Source: Nitrosopumilus sp. (GTDB lineage Archaea; Thermoproteota; Nitrososphaeria; Nitrososphaerales; Nitrosopumilaceae). Taken from it: a DNA stretch of 64,000 nucleotides. A program made the translations under genes and the position numbers. Positions within the stretch are counted from its first letter, which is position 1, and every line of letters starts with the position of its first letter. Below are positions 44,451 to 54,375 of this stretch, piece after piece. Below the pieces are notes generated by a model that had not been told where the DNA came from, ran no database searches, and saw only the letters and a program-made list of their open reading frames with translations. The stretch is taken from positions 1,216,001-1,280,000 of the forward strand of contig CBDBLO010000002.1 in assembly GCA_965207075.1 (NCBI GenBank). The letters run 5' to 3'.

Positions 44451-47400
44451 GTGAATTTCCCGCCTGGCGCGGACCGCCATCACCTCCTACCACCCTTCGC
44501 GGTTACGGCCGCCATCGCGCTCGCCGCGCTCGCCGCGCTCGCCGCGCCCGACCTGCAGCATTCCATCCTTCCCGTCCCGGTACCCACCTCCGCCCAGCTT
44601 GACGAGTCCGCCCCCACCCTCTACCTGCACATACCGGGCAAGATGATTGACGGGCAGACGTATCAGGGAATTGCCGTGTCAAGCGCCCCGGCCGGCCTGT
44701 CGTCAGCGGGCGAGCGAACAGTGCACTTGGCCTCCGGTTCGCCCTCCATAATGCTGCCGCAGACCTCCGTGGAGATCCCCATCGGTAAGAACCACGCCGT
44801 CTTCACTATACATGCGGTGCAGTCTGGGGCGGTTGTGGTTCAGGCCGCGTACGGCGGGCTTATTGGTGAGGCGCACGGCGTGGTCTTCTCGCAGTCCACG
44901 GTGCCGAAAGGACTCGACATAATCACACCGGGCTCCATGACGTCCGCGTCGGACCTGCCAGCCTTCGTCTACCTGATGGACGAGCGCGGTTACCCCGCGC
45001 GCGCCCCCACCGGCGGTATTGATGTCAGGCTGGTGGGCGGCGGCCTGGTGGAGGCGCCGAGCTCCATAACCATACCCGCCGGCTCGGCGCAGGCCCTGGT
45101 GCCGCTGCGCGTGTCCGGCTCGGGCCACGTGTCCGCCGCGGCGCCCGGCCTGATGGGCGACACTGAACTGCTATCCTACGACCGGGACGCCATGCACGTA
45201 CGCCTCGAGGTGTCCCCCGACATCGTGCTGCCCGGCGGCAAGGTGTATTATTCCGTGTGGCTTGAAAGGGATCCCGTCAACTCGGGGTCGGACATAATGC
45301 AGGACGAGTCCGGAACGGAGTCCGCAAGCGCCCCCGTCGATGACGCCCCGACGCTGCCGTACCACCCGCCGCGCGCGATAGCCGCGGAACTGCAGACGAC
45401 CAATACGGACGTGCTCCGGCTCACCGAGAGCCATCCGCCAAACAAGAAGGAGGGCAGGTATTCCCCCATCACGCTGCACGGCGGGAGGGCCGCCGGCGTC
45501 CTGTACGCGGGGCACGGGACGGATGTGCTCCCGGCATCCTCGTTGCACTCTGGGGACCGAACGTCCCCCGCGGGCCCCTCGGCCGGCGGCATCGCCGTGC
45601 TGACGGTGTCGGTGCCAGGGTACGGCGTGGCGTCGGCACATGTGTGTGTCGGAACCGTGGTTACGAGCTCCACGACGGCCGCCGCGTACGACGCCAACAG
45701 CACGAGCGTCGTGGAGGGCTCGGATGGCAACTACCTGATAGTCACCGGCGCCGGCGCCGGCGACCGGCGACAGCAGCAGGGGGATGGAGATGAACAGCAG
45801 CAGGACGAGCAGCAGGACGACTCCGCCTCGACCAACCGCAGCTGCGGCTCCGGCACCGAGACGTGGGCCGCCTACGTGGACCGCATAATCCGGGCGTCCG
45901 TCGCGTCCTCCACACAGTCGGGCGGGAACACTGACGGCTCGACCATACAGTTCCCCCGCGAGACATACGGGCCGCCCGAGCCGAACAACATCCGCCTCTT
46001 CATGCAGCCCAGCACCGTCACGCCGCTGCAGCCGCACTCCGGCACGCAGGGCGTGGTCGGCTTCTACCGCGTGGACGTCCAGGAGCCGGAACAGGCGTCC
46101 TTCACCGACGGCGACCTGACGATCGTCACGTCCACCGAGTACGAGCGCGTAACCCCGGTGCGCGCGGAATACGAGAGCATAACTATAACCGCCTCTTCCG
46201 CGCCCGGCAGCGAGCGCGGGGGAGGCGGCATCGACGTGCGCCCCCACCACGTGTCCCACCCCACGTACCATACGAACGCGTACGCGTTCCCCATACAGGC
46301 AAACTTGGAGGGAATGTACAGCGTGCAGGCCGCGTCCGGCGGCCACGTGCAGAACACCACGCTCCGGGTAGTCCACCCCTATGAGACGGCGTACCACCTC
46401 CACGTGACCGAGTTGCCGCCGCGCGGGCCGGTCGGCGAGGAGCAGCCTCTGTTCATGGTGAACCTGGTCGACGACGCCGGCCGCATAATAGACGTGCTCG
46501 AGGAGTTCGGCGAGCCGCGCACGGTCAGGGCGTCGTTTGGCGACCTGTCCGCGCCATCTGCATCCAACGTTATTATGCGTGATGCCGAGATAGGCTCGTA
46601 CAATACCGCCGTCATAAACGGCCCCGTGCCGGGACCGGGCGGCACCGGCGCCATAATCACACTAGAGGGCTGGCCGCCCGCGTCCGGACCGTACGAGGGC
46701 GACGTGGTGCCCGTCGATGCGCCCGTCAGGATGGAGATGGACGCCCCGCGCATGGTACATGTCGGCGAGCGTTTCCCCGTCACGACGCACACCGTGGACT
46801 CGTTGGGCAACCCCGTCGCGCTGGTCGACGAGAGCGACAGGCGAGACACAGGGTTCACCGCCGCGGAGGACGGGACCGGCCTTGTGGGGTCGGGCGGACA
46901 GCAGCCCCTCAGCTCGCTGTACGAGGTGGGCGGGGCCGTGCAACGGGAGGTGGTGGCGTTCCTGAACAGAATGAGCGTGGACGTGGGCAGCGGCTTTGGC
47001 GGCACCGACGAGCACGGGATGCCGGTGCCCAAGGACGTAAAGGCGGGCGAACCGTTTGAGATCAGGGTCGATTCGCTCACAGTGTCGCGTTCCCAGCAGT
47101 CGGAACAGCAGGACCTGTTCGGCGGCGCACTTGACGGTTTTGACATCGGACTAGACCTTGACGGACTGACCCTCGGCGGCTTCGGCTTAAGCTCGGACGC
47201 CCTGCCAGTACCCGACGTGGCTTACGAAATAGACGCGCCGCCCGGCTGGCCGGTGGAAGAGTCGAGCCCCGGCGTGTTCGTAATTACGCCCGCAGACGAG
47301 GGCGAGTTCACCATCACCGTGAGCGGGAGCAAGGAGGGGTTCGGCTCGAAGCCCGCGACCATACTCATCCGCTCGGAGATGTCCGTGCCGCTCACGGTGG

Positions 47401-48209
47401 ACGCCGTCGTGCCGTCGCACGATACGCGCGTGTCCGTGCCGTTCACCCTGCAGAACGGCACTACGGTTACGACCCCATACCAGACCATACTGTCGAGCCC
47501 GACGGACATGTCATTTGCATTCCCCGAGTCGTTCGAGGGCGGGTACGGTTTGATCGACACGGTATACGAGGGAGGCACCCTCCTGCCCGGCGGGACCGTG
47601 CGCATATCCGCATACGACCGCACGGTCAATGTCACGGCCGTATATGACAGGCAAGTAGAGATCATTGTGCTCGGAACCGGCAGCACAGGCTCCGGGGCCT
47701 ACCAGTACGGGCAGACCGTGGTGGTGTCGGCGTCACCCGGCCACGTCATACCCTACCTGCTCCCCGAAAAGATAGCCTACTGGCAGGGCGTGCCGGGCGG
47801 GGGACTGCCCACCGACGAGGTGATCTCATTCCGCGCCGAGTCCGACGCCGTGATCGAGCCGGTGTTCGAGCCGGACTTCACGCGGCTGTACTTTGTCGTG
47901 GCGGCGGCCGCGGCGGCCGCGGGATACGCTGCGTACCGCAAGTTCGGACCGGCCCTGTCGTACAAGATTGGCGACCTAGTGGACTCGTTGAGGGGCGGCT
48001 CTGACGAAGGCGGGGAGGAAGAGGGGGACAAGGCCTCGGCGGAGGACGTTTCGGACAGTGAATACAACTCCCGCGGCAGTGAGGACGGCTATGACGGGGC
48101 GGCGTACAGCGATACCGGCAGTTATGGAGGCGGGACCGGGCAGAACCCGGACGACGACTACACGACGGCCGACCCCGCACCCCGCACCCCGGAGGACGGG
48201 CGCGCGTGA
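44451..48209 (+). CDS. Large surface protein (N-terminal signal/TM, Ig-like beta domains, C-terminal TM and acidic tail)
   Basis: 1252 aa; hydrophobic segments at both ends; precedes secretion ATPase. Confidence 0.75.
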   Translation: MNFPPGADRHHLLPPFAVTAAIALAALAALAAPDLQHSILPVPVPTSAQLDESAPTLYLHIPGKMIDGQTYQGIAVSSAPAGLSSAGERTVHLASGSPSIMLPQTSVEIPIGKNHAVFTIHAVQSGAVVVQAAYGGLIGEAHGVVFSQSTVPKGLDIITPGSMTSASDLPAFVYLMDERGYPARAPTGGIDVRLVGGGLVEAPSSITIPAGSAQALVPLRVSGSGHVSAAAPGLMGDTELLSYDRDAMHVRLEVSPDIVLPGGKVYYSVWLERDPVNSGSDIMQDESGTESASAPVDDAPTLPYHPPRAIAAELQTTNTDVLRLTESHPPNKKEGRYSPITLHGGRAAGVLYAGHGTDVLPASSLHSGDRTSPAGPSAGGIAVLTVSVPGYGVASAHVCVGTVVTSSTTAAAYDANSTSVVEGSDGNYLIVTGAGAGDRRQQQGDGDEQQQDEQQDDSASTNRSCGSGTETWAAYVDRIIRASVASSTQSGGNTDGSTIQFPRETYGPPEPNNIRLFMQPSTVTPLQPHSGTQGVVGFYRVDVQEPEQASFTDGDLTIVTSTEYERVTPVRAEYESITITASSAPGSERGGGGIDVRPHHVSHPTYHTNAYAFPIQANLEGMYSVQAASGGHVQNTTLRVVHPYETAYHLHVTELPPRGPVGEEQPLFMVNLVDDAGRIIDVLEEFGEPRTVRASFGDLSAPSASNVIMRDAEIGSYNTAVINGPVPGPGGTGAIITLEGWPPASGPYEGDVVPVDAPVRMEMDAPRMVHVGERFPVTTHTVDSLGNPVALVDESDRRDTGFTAAEDGTGLVGSGGQQPLSSLYEVGGAVQREVVAFLNRMSVDVGSGFGGTDEHGMPVPKDVKAGEPFEIRVDSLTVSRSQQSEQQDLFGGALDGFDIGLDLDGLTLGGFGLSSDALPVPDVAYEIDAPPGWPVEESSPGVFVITPADEGEFTITVSGSKEGFGSKPATILIRSEMSVPLTVDAVVPSHDTRVSVPFTLQNGTTVTTPYQTILSSPTDMSFAFPESFEGGYGLIDTVYEGGTLLPGGTVRISAYDRTVNVTAVYDRQVEIIVLGTGSTGSGAYQYGQTVVVSASPGHVIPYLLPEKIAYWQGVPGGGLPTDEVISFRAESDAVIEPVFEPDFTRLYFVVAAAAAAAGYAAYRKFGPALSYKIGDLVDSLRGGSDEGGEEEGDKASAEDVSDSEYNSRGSEDGYDGAAYSDTGSYGGGTGQNPDDDYTTADPAPRTPEDGRA

Positions 48210-48267
48210 TGGCGACCGGCCGCAGGGCCAGCCCCCTGCATAAAGAGGCACGCGCCGGGGTGGTCCC

Positions 48268-49965
48268 GTGAGACCCCCGTTTGGCAGGAAGAAAAGGGGC
48301 GGGGCCCGTGCGGGCGAACCCAAAAGGGAGGCTCCCCCTCCCACGCCGTCCGACACCCCCAAGGCCGACGAATACATCATCTGCCGCTTTGACGCGAACG
48401 TCGGCGAGGGAGTGCGCATAGAAGAGTCGTACGACGTGGGGCAGGCAAAGGTGAGCATAACCAAAGACGGCCGCTATCTGGTGGACGAGCCGAGACTGAC
48501 GCGCCGCGCGGTGGCCGCCTACCAGAGGCTGATGCGCAACGTCCACCACTCGTTCACCCTGAAAGACATATCCCGTGACGACGTGATACCTCTGCTCAAG
48601 AGCACGCTGGAGAAGGAGTCCCGCCTGACCCTCGACTTCGAGGTGTGGAAGAGGGAGAGGGAGGCCGTCGAGTACTACATGGTGCGCGACGTGGCTGGAT
48701 ACTACGTGCTTGACGTGCTCATAAGGGATCCGCACATCGAGGACATACTGTGCATCGAGTGGGACAAGCCCGTCGCCGTTGTCCACCGCGAGTACCCCCA
48801 CCACACACTGCTCGACACGAACATCAAGTTCCGCTCCGAGTCCGACATGGAGCGCCTCATACAGCGCATCTCGCAGCGGTACGGGGAACCGCCCAGCGAG
48901 ACGCGCCCCATGACCTCGTTTTCCGACGAGCGCGGCATACGCTACACGTTCACGGGCAACCGACGGATAACTCCGGACTCCCCGACCATGTCAATAAGGA
49001 AGCCGTCGGTCACCACCATTACGGTGTGCCACCTGCTGCAGAGCGGACTGCTCTCGCCGCTTGCGGGAGCGTACCTGTGGGCTACCATGGACCTCAAGGG
49101 CTTCGGCCTGGTGATCGGCGCGCCGTCGGCCGGCAAAACCACGATGATCAACGCGATATTCACCATGGCCAACCCCAGCTGGCACTACTATACTATCGAG
49201 GACGTACTCGAGCTAAATTTGCCGCACAGCCACGTCTCGCGCCACCAGACGACTATGAACTCGTCGCTGCAGGCGACGCAGGGCAAGGCGGAGGGCGGCG
49301 ACAGCTTCGGGGTGTTCGACCTGTGCAAACTCTCGTTGCGTTTCCGCCCCGACTTCGTGCTGGTCGGCGAGATACTGGGCCAGGAGGCCGACGGACTGTT
49401 CCAGGCCGCCGCCTCAGGCAGCGGGTGCATGTGCTCGTTCCACGCGAGCAACGCGGAGCATGCCATCACCAGGCTGGAGGCCCCTCCAATCTCACTGTCA
49501 AAGTCGCAGACCGCCCTGCTCACCTACGTGCTGCACATGTCCTGGGTGCTGCACGACAACAAGCGCCAGCGCAAGCTCATAGGCATCACGGAGATCGACA
49601 CCGGCGGGCATGGCGGCCTCAGCGGTGGCGGAGATAGCGACACGGCCGCGGGCGCCTCGTGCGCCACGGGAGGGCAGTCCGCGTCCGGCGCCAGCCCCGA
49701 CGCCAAGATGCTGAATACGCTGTTCTGGTACGACCCGGAGCAGAACCGCGTGCTGCCCGACAGCCTGGACGAGATCATAGAGAGGAGCACGGTCCTGCCG
49801 CGCATGAAGGTCATGATGGGCGTCAAGGACATCAGGGGCGACATGGAGCGCCGCGTGCGTGTCCTTGAGCGCATACGGGACGAGGGCATAACCGACGTGT
49901 CCGACATACACAGGGCGATAAACACGTTCTACCACCCGCCGGACGGCGATCAGGGACAGGCATAA
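48268..49965 (+). CDS. Type II/IV secretion ATPase (VirB11/TadA/ArlI family)
   Basis: DPHIEDI, SIRK, GAPSAGKTT, TIEDVLEL, LRFRPD..LVGEI, SFHA. Confidence 0.92.
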   Translation: MRPPFGRKKRGGARAGEPKREAPPPTPSDTPKADEYIICRFDANVGEGVRIEESYDVGQAKVSITKDGRYLVDEPRLTRRAVAAYQRLMRNVHHSFTLKDISRDDVIPLLKSTLEKESRLTLDFEVWKREREAVEYYMVRDVAGYYVLDVLIRDPHIEDILCIEWDKPVAVVHREYPHHTLLDTNIKFRSESDMERLIQRISQRYGEPPSETRPMTSFSDERGIRYTFTGNRRITPDSPTMSIRKPSVTTITVCHLLQSGLLSPLAGAYLWATMDLKGFGLVIGAPSAGKTTMINAIFTMANPSWHYYTIEDVLELNLPHSHVSRHQTTMNSSLQATQGKAEGGDSFGVFDLCKLSLRFRPDFVLVGEILGQEADGLFQAAASGSGCMCSFHASNAEHAITRLEAPPISLSKSQTALLTYVLHMSWVLHDNKRQRKLIGITEIDTGGHGGLSGGGDSDTAAGASCATGGQSASGASPDAKMLNTLFWYDPEQNRVLPDSLDEIIERSTVLPRMKVMMGVKDIRGDMERRVRVLERIRDEGITDVSDIHRAINTFYHPPDGDQGQA

Positions 49966-50067
49966 TTACCGGCAGTACCGCGCCATGATGATCGTGCCAC
50001 CCCGCATGATCGCAGGGAGGTTTGACCCCACGGCGTGCGTGTCAGCCTCCCCGTACAATTATTGCCG

Positions 50068-51423
50068 CTAGCACCCGCCCCTGAGCGCCCACTCGTCGTC
50101 GCCGAACTCCGACGCCGTGCAGAACCTGCGGTCTATCTCGGCGTATCCCTTGTCCACCAGCATGGCGTTGAGCGGCGACGCGGCCTGCGTTCCGGTCGAG
50201 CCGTATCCGACGCACCACACCAGCGCGACCACCCTGCCGTACGAGCCGTCCCGCTGGCCGTCGTCCACGTCATATACGACGGTCGTACCTGCCGGGCACT
50301 TTGAGCGCGTGAACGCCGTGGCCTCCTCGTATCCGTCCTCCCCGCGCTCCGGCGTGTCTACCAGCGCCAGGCGGATGCGCACGTCGCCGTCCACCACGAT
50401 GGTGTCGCCGTCAATCACCCTGGTCATCGTCCCGGTCTGCGCGGTCGCGTACGGTATGACGTTCTCGCCGCGCGGTTCATCATCGTCATAACCGCCGGAC
50501 TGCGACGCAGCTGCCGCCGTACCCGCCTGAGCGGTCGAACCGGCCGCCCTCGCGGCGGGCGCGCCGTACTTGCAGTCCCTGCCCAGTTCGCGCACGTACC
50601 AGCCGTCCTGGAACACGTAGGGCTTCGTGCAGTCCCCGAACCCGTCGGCGTATCCGTCATTGTTGTTGTCCTCCCATCCGTCGCCGAGCCCGTTTCCGTT
50701 GTAGTCAAACGAGCACGGCTTCGGAGCAAATCCCTCCGAGGCCAGGTGGTTCGGGTCAAACCCCTTGAGCGGACCAAGCCTGGCCCCCGAGTCCTGCGGT
50801 ATCGGCGTCGGTATGCCGAATATCGTGCGGGTCTCCATGCCCATGCCGTCGAGCACCGCCGCGCACGGCGGGTACATCACGTACCGGTGCGTCAATGTCT
50901 CCCTGAATCCGGTGTCGTTCCGCACATAATACACTCCTGCCTCCGGCGTTCCGGCGTTCCCGGGTTCCGCCTCATCAACCTCAATCCACTCTGGTCCGCC
51001 CACCGAGCCCGCGGGCTCCTCCGCGCCCGGCAGCACGTCGGAAACGGCCGACCCGATGTCCTCCGCGACATACCCCAGCTCCTCGGCCGCGCCGCCCAAT
51101 TCGTCCGCCGCGCCTCCAAGCCCGCCGACCACTTCCTCCAGGCCGTCGGCCGCGCCTTCGAGTCCGGCCACCGCGCTGTCAAGCCCCTCGGCCGCGCCGT
51201 CCAGCACGCTTGACGCCCCGTCGACCAGCCCCTGCGGGTCGACCGACGACTGCTGCGGCGCGCCGTACATCCCGGGTACGACCACGTACCACATGGCCCC
51301 CATCACCACGGCGAACACGACCGCCACCAGCACGGTCATGCCCAGCCTGCGTCCAATTCCCATACCTTGGATACGCATGCGCCCCTTATTTATTTTTCTG
51401 ATGATTTCTCTATGATTTCTCAT
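50068..51423 (-). CDS. Membrane-anchored thermonuclease (SNase) with heptad-repeat stalk
   Basis: TM; VIDGDT, IRLALVDTPE, SYGR; start uncertain (51423/51378/51363). Confidence 0.85.
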   Translation of the reverse strand: MRNHREIIRKINKGRMRIQGMGIGRRLGMTVLVAVVFAVVMGAMWYVVVPGMYGAPQQSSVDPQGLVDGASSVLDGAAEGLDSAVAGLEGAADGLEEVVGGLGGAADELGGAAEELGYVAEDIGSAVSDVLPGAEEPAGSVGGPEWIEVDEAEPGNAGTPEAGVYYVRNDTGFRETLTHRYVMYPPCAAVLDGMGMETRTIFGIPTPIPQDSGARLGPLKGFDPNHLASEGFAPKPCSFDYNGNGLGDGWEDNNNDGYADGFGDCTKPYVFQDGWYVRELGRDCKYGAPAARAAGSTAQAGTAAAASQSGGYDDDEPRGENVIPYATAQTGTMTRVIDGDTIVVDGDVRIRLALVDTPERGEDGYEEATAFTRSKCPAGTTVVYDVDDGQRDGSYGRVVALVWCVGYGSTGTQAASPLNAMLVDKGYAEIDRRFCTASEFGDDEWALRGGC

Positions 51424-51498
51424 ATTTTTTCCAAACAATGGTGGTTTAAAACGGCGCGGCGCGTGTGTGAGCATGGTAATTACGGGGGCGGCCTGGTA

Positions 51499-52296
51499 GT
51501 GGAAGCCTCGGAGGTACTGATATTCCGAGATTATACGGGCTGGGAGGAGCCCGCGCTGAGCACGCCGTTCGGCTTTTGGTCGCTGCGCAACATCATAGTA
51601 TTCGGCGTGTTCGGCATGCTGGCGGGGGCGCTTTACTGGGCGATCATACCGGACGACCTGGACATACAGAGGGACTGGGTGTCCGTGTGCATCGCGCTGT
51701 CGCCGCTCGGCATCGGCGTTCTCTTGGGCATGGCAAATCCGCCCGTCGGTACGGCCGACTCGCTGCTGATCGCGCTGGTGGTACTGGCCTGCAGGTCGCT
51801 TGCCGCGGGCGGTGCGGCCGGCGCAAAGCGCGGTGCGGCCGGCGGCAAGTCCGCCCACCGCAGGCGCAAGCGGTCGCAAGTGCTGGGGTTTCCCAGGCAC
51901 CTACCCCCACCGCGCGGGGTGGTGTCCGCCGACGAGCGCCCGATAGAGGTCAAGTGCACCGACCTCGACGAGCCCAAGTCCATACGCCTGACCATACACG
52001 GCGGCGACGGCACGCGCTACGGGGACAGGCTGGTGTCCTGCTATATCGACGACGAGCTGCTGGACGTGCTGCGCACGACACCCGACGGCTCCGCCGTGCT
52101 GAACGTGAGGCCGGGGAGGGAGGGGGCGCGCAGGCTGATAATACGCGAGTATGTTGGCGATGACGAGTACTCGGTCACCGGCGCGGTCACCGGCGACGCG
52201 CCCGCGGGAGCCGTGCTCGTCAACAGGCCGCTCCACTTCATGCGCGTGGGGGGCGGCGGAGTATCTTTGGCGGCGGCGGCAGGGGGCTCTGGATAA
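51499..52296 (+). CDS. PrgI/VirB3-like membrane protein with C-terminal Ig-like domain
   Basis: I.RD...WEE.....G..SLRNII + two TMs; near VirB4. Confidence 0.5.
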   Translation: MEASEVLIFRDYTGWEEPALSTPFGFWSLRNIIVFGVFGMLAGALYWAIIPDDLDIQRDWVSVCIALSPLGIGVLLGMANPPVGTADSLLIALVVLACRSLAAGGAAGAKRGAAGGKSAHRRRKRSQVLGFPRHLPPPRGVVSADERPIEVKCTDLDEPKSIRLTIHGGDGTRYGDRLVSCYIDDELLDVLRTTPDGSAVLNVRPGREGARRLIIREYVGDDEYSVTGAVTGDAPAGAVLVNRPLHFMRVGGGGVSLAAAAGGSG

Positions 52297-52298
52297 AC

Positions 52299-52592
52299 AT
52301 GGCCGTCCACCGCGTGCGCACGGGTGGCATCGCAGCGGAACTGGAAGTGCAGGACGGCTCAGTCAGGTGCGTCTGCGGCGCGGATGACACTCGCTTTGAC
52401 GTGAGGCTGGACGGCGGCCTGCGGTGGGCAGAGCAGGTGTCGCACGATACGATACGGCTCAACTTTATTGACGCCGCCGGGCTGCTGGTCCAGACGGCCG
52501 TCAGGTCGGACAACTGCCTCAGCGTGATGGACGACATAATGCAGAACGGCACGCCGGCCCCCGCCGCCGGCCGGAAGCGCAGCGGGCGGTAG
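52299..52592 (+). CDS. Hypothetical protein
   Basis: Follows upstream stop by 2 nt. Confidence 0.55.
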   Translation: MAVHRVRTGGIAAELEVQDGSVRCVCGADDTRFDVRLDGGLRWAEQVSHDTIRLNFIDAAGLLVQTAVRSDNCLSVMDDIMQNGTPAPAAGRKRSGR

Positions 52593-52617
52593 GCCCGGCT
52601 GCATCCTGCCCCCTCTG

Positions 52618-53025
52618 TTATCCGCCGCGAAACTTGAACGCTTTGTCGTTGTGCGTTATGATCGCCACCACGCTGCCCGGCGCCCCCGTTTCCACGCGCA
52701 CCACCTCGCCCATCGGCAGCACGGCGGTCGTCGTGCCGTCCTTCATCAGCTGCAGCCTGTAATGGTGGGATAGTTGCCCGTCCACCAGCACGTCCCTGAC
52801 ACGCACGTCCGCAGTCCCCGTGTTTATCACGTCGACCTCAAGGGGGGACGTACCCGCGAAGCCGACCAGCGCCACGCGCTCGCCCATCTGCCGCATGCGC
52901 TTTTCCGCGTCGGCCTCCTGCGCCTTGTGCCTCTCGCCTATGTCGTCAAGTCCCGCCTGGTAGAACACCAGGAGGAACACGCCGAGCACCCCGAACATCA
53001 GCACGTACCTCGCTATCTGGTTCAT
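52618..53025 (-). CDS. Pilin-like protein, type A (no class III leader)
   Basis: MNQ+hydrophobic helix, ER, VDVINTG..V.V..V.VDG. Confidence 0.75.
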   Translation of the reverse strand: MNQIARYVLMFGVLGVFLLVFYQAGLDDIGERHKAQEADAEKRMRQMGERVALVGFAGTSPLEVDVINTGTADVRVRDVLVDGQLSHHYRLQLMKDGTTTAVLPMGEVVRVETGAPGSVVAIITHNDKAFKFRGG

Positions 53026-53484
53026 TCAGCCGACCACCCCCAGGCTCCACCTGTTCTCGCATATCGACGTGGACCCGTCTGTGTACGTAACCATCCCCGT
53101 TGCGAGTTCGGGACGCATGTGCGTGGCCGAAAAGCCGGCGTAGGCGGAGTCACCCGGCGTTATCATCGCCGTGGTACTCAGCTGCGTGACGGATCCCGTA
53201 ATGATTGCAAGATCGGTGATTGTGTGCGTCCCGGTGTTGGTTACGTGCAGCCGGAGGTAGTTCAGCCCCCCGCCCACGTCCTCAAACAGCGTGATGTCCA
53301 TCGTGCAGTGCCTGGCGTACTCGCCGGTGCGCCAGCCCCCCTCCTCGAATATGCCGAGCCATGTGCCGATGACCCCCACCCCCACGACCGCGATACTCGT
53401 CAGTATGAGCACCTCTATGATGCCGGAGGCGGCCGCGCGGCGGACGGGGGCTGGCCGCGCGCCCCGGCTTGGAATGGGGGGCAC
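53026..53484 (-). CDS. Archaeal type IV pilin, type B
   Basis: RRAAA-SGIIEVLIL class III-like signal; VTNTG. Confidence 0.78.
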   Translation of the reverse strand: MPPIPSRGARPAPVRRAAASGIIEVLILTSIAVVGVGVIGTWLGIFEEGGWRTGEYARHCTMDITLFEDVGGGLNYLRLHVTNTGTHTITDLAIITGSVTQLSTTAMITPGDSAYAGFSATHMRPELATGMVTYTDGSTSICENRWSLGVVG

Positions 53485-53489
53485 GGCGC

Positions 53490-53912
53490 CTAATCATCCT
53501 CCTCTCCGAACATGAACGTCCGGTCGTTCTCCGTCACTATGAACAGCGGCGTCGTTCCGTTTGACACGCTTATGCGCGCTATCGCCCCCTCCGGCACCAA
53601 GCCGGCCGTCGAAAAGTTGCCGCTGGTGTTCATCACGTGCGTCGTCCAGCTGGACGGGGCCGAGCCGTTTGCAAACACGTGGTTGATGCTCAGGGGCGCG
53701 CCCCCGGTGTTTATGACATCGACCGCGGCGGGCGACTGAGACACCACCTCCACAACCATGATGCGCTCTAGCACCTGCCGCTCGTATTTTGCCAGCCTGT
53801 CAAGCTGCGACTCCGACCGGTCGGACAGCTCGCCGAGCCCCGCTGTATAAAACACCACGGCGAATATGCCAACTACCCCGAAGATCAGTATCCACTGCAC
53901 GAGCTGGTTCAA
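53490..53912 (-). CDS. Pilin-like protein, type A (no class III leader)
   Basis: Paralog of 52618-53025. Confidence 0.75.
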   Translation of the reverse strand: MNQLVQWILIFGVVGIFAVVFYTAGLGELSDRSESQLDRLAKYERQVLERIMVVEVVSQSPAAVDVINTGGAPLSINHVFANGSAPSSWTTHVMNTSGNFSTAGLVPEGAIARISVSNGTTPLFIVTENDRTFMFGEEDD

Positions 53913-53916
53913 GCAG

Positions 53917-54375
53917 TCACCCTCCCGCCACCAGCACGCTCACCCTGTCGCACGTTATGGTGGAGCCGTCGGACAGTGTGGCGACGGCCTCGGCGTACCC
54001 CGAGCTGATGGCCGCCGACGAGTTGGCCGACGTTACGCCCACGTGCTCGGACTTTCCGCCCGGCTCGATGGCTGTCGCGCCGCCGAACGTGTACGTGTCA
54101 CCGACGCGGGCCGTGAACCCGGTCAGCGTCTCGCCGCCCGTGTTCGATATGGTCACCTCGACGAAGCTCTTTCCGCCCCCTATGTCGTCCCTGCCGTCCA
54201 CGTGCAGCGTGCAGTGGGCGCTCTCCCAGGCGTCGCCCCCGCCGTACCCGCCGAACCACGCGGCCAGCGCGCCGACTCCCACGACGGAGATAGCGATCAG
54301 TATGAGCGCCTCGATCATGCCGGACACGGCGGGCCTGCCGGCGGGCGCACCGTCCTTGTTTCGGCCGGACGTCAT
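53917..54375 (-). CDS. Archaeal type IV pilin, type B
   Basis: RPA-VSGMIEALIL; ISNTG; paralog of 53026-53484. Confidence 0.78.
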   Translation of the reverse strand: MTSGRNKDGAPAGRPAVSGMIEALILIAISVVGVGALAAWFGGYGGGDAWESAHCTLHVDGRDDIGGGKSFVEVTISNTGGETLTGFTARVGDTYTFGGATAIEPGGKSEHVGVTSANSSAAISSGYAEAVATLSDGSTITCDRVSVLVAGG

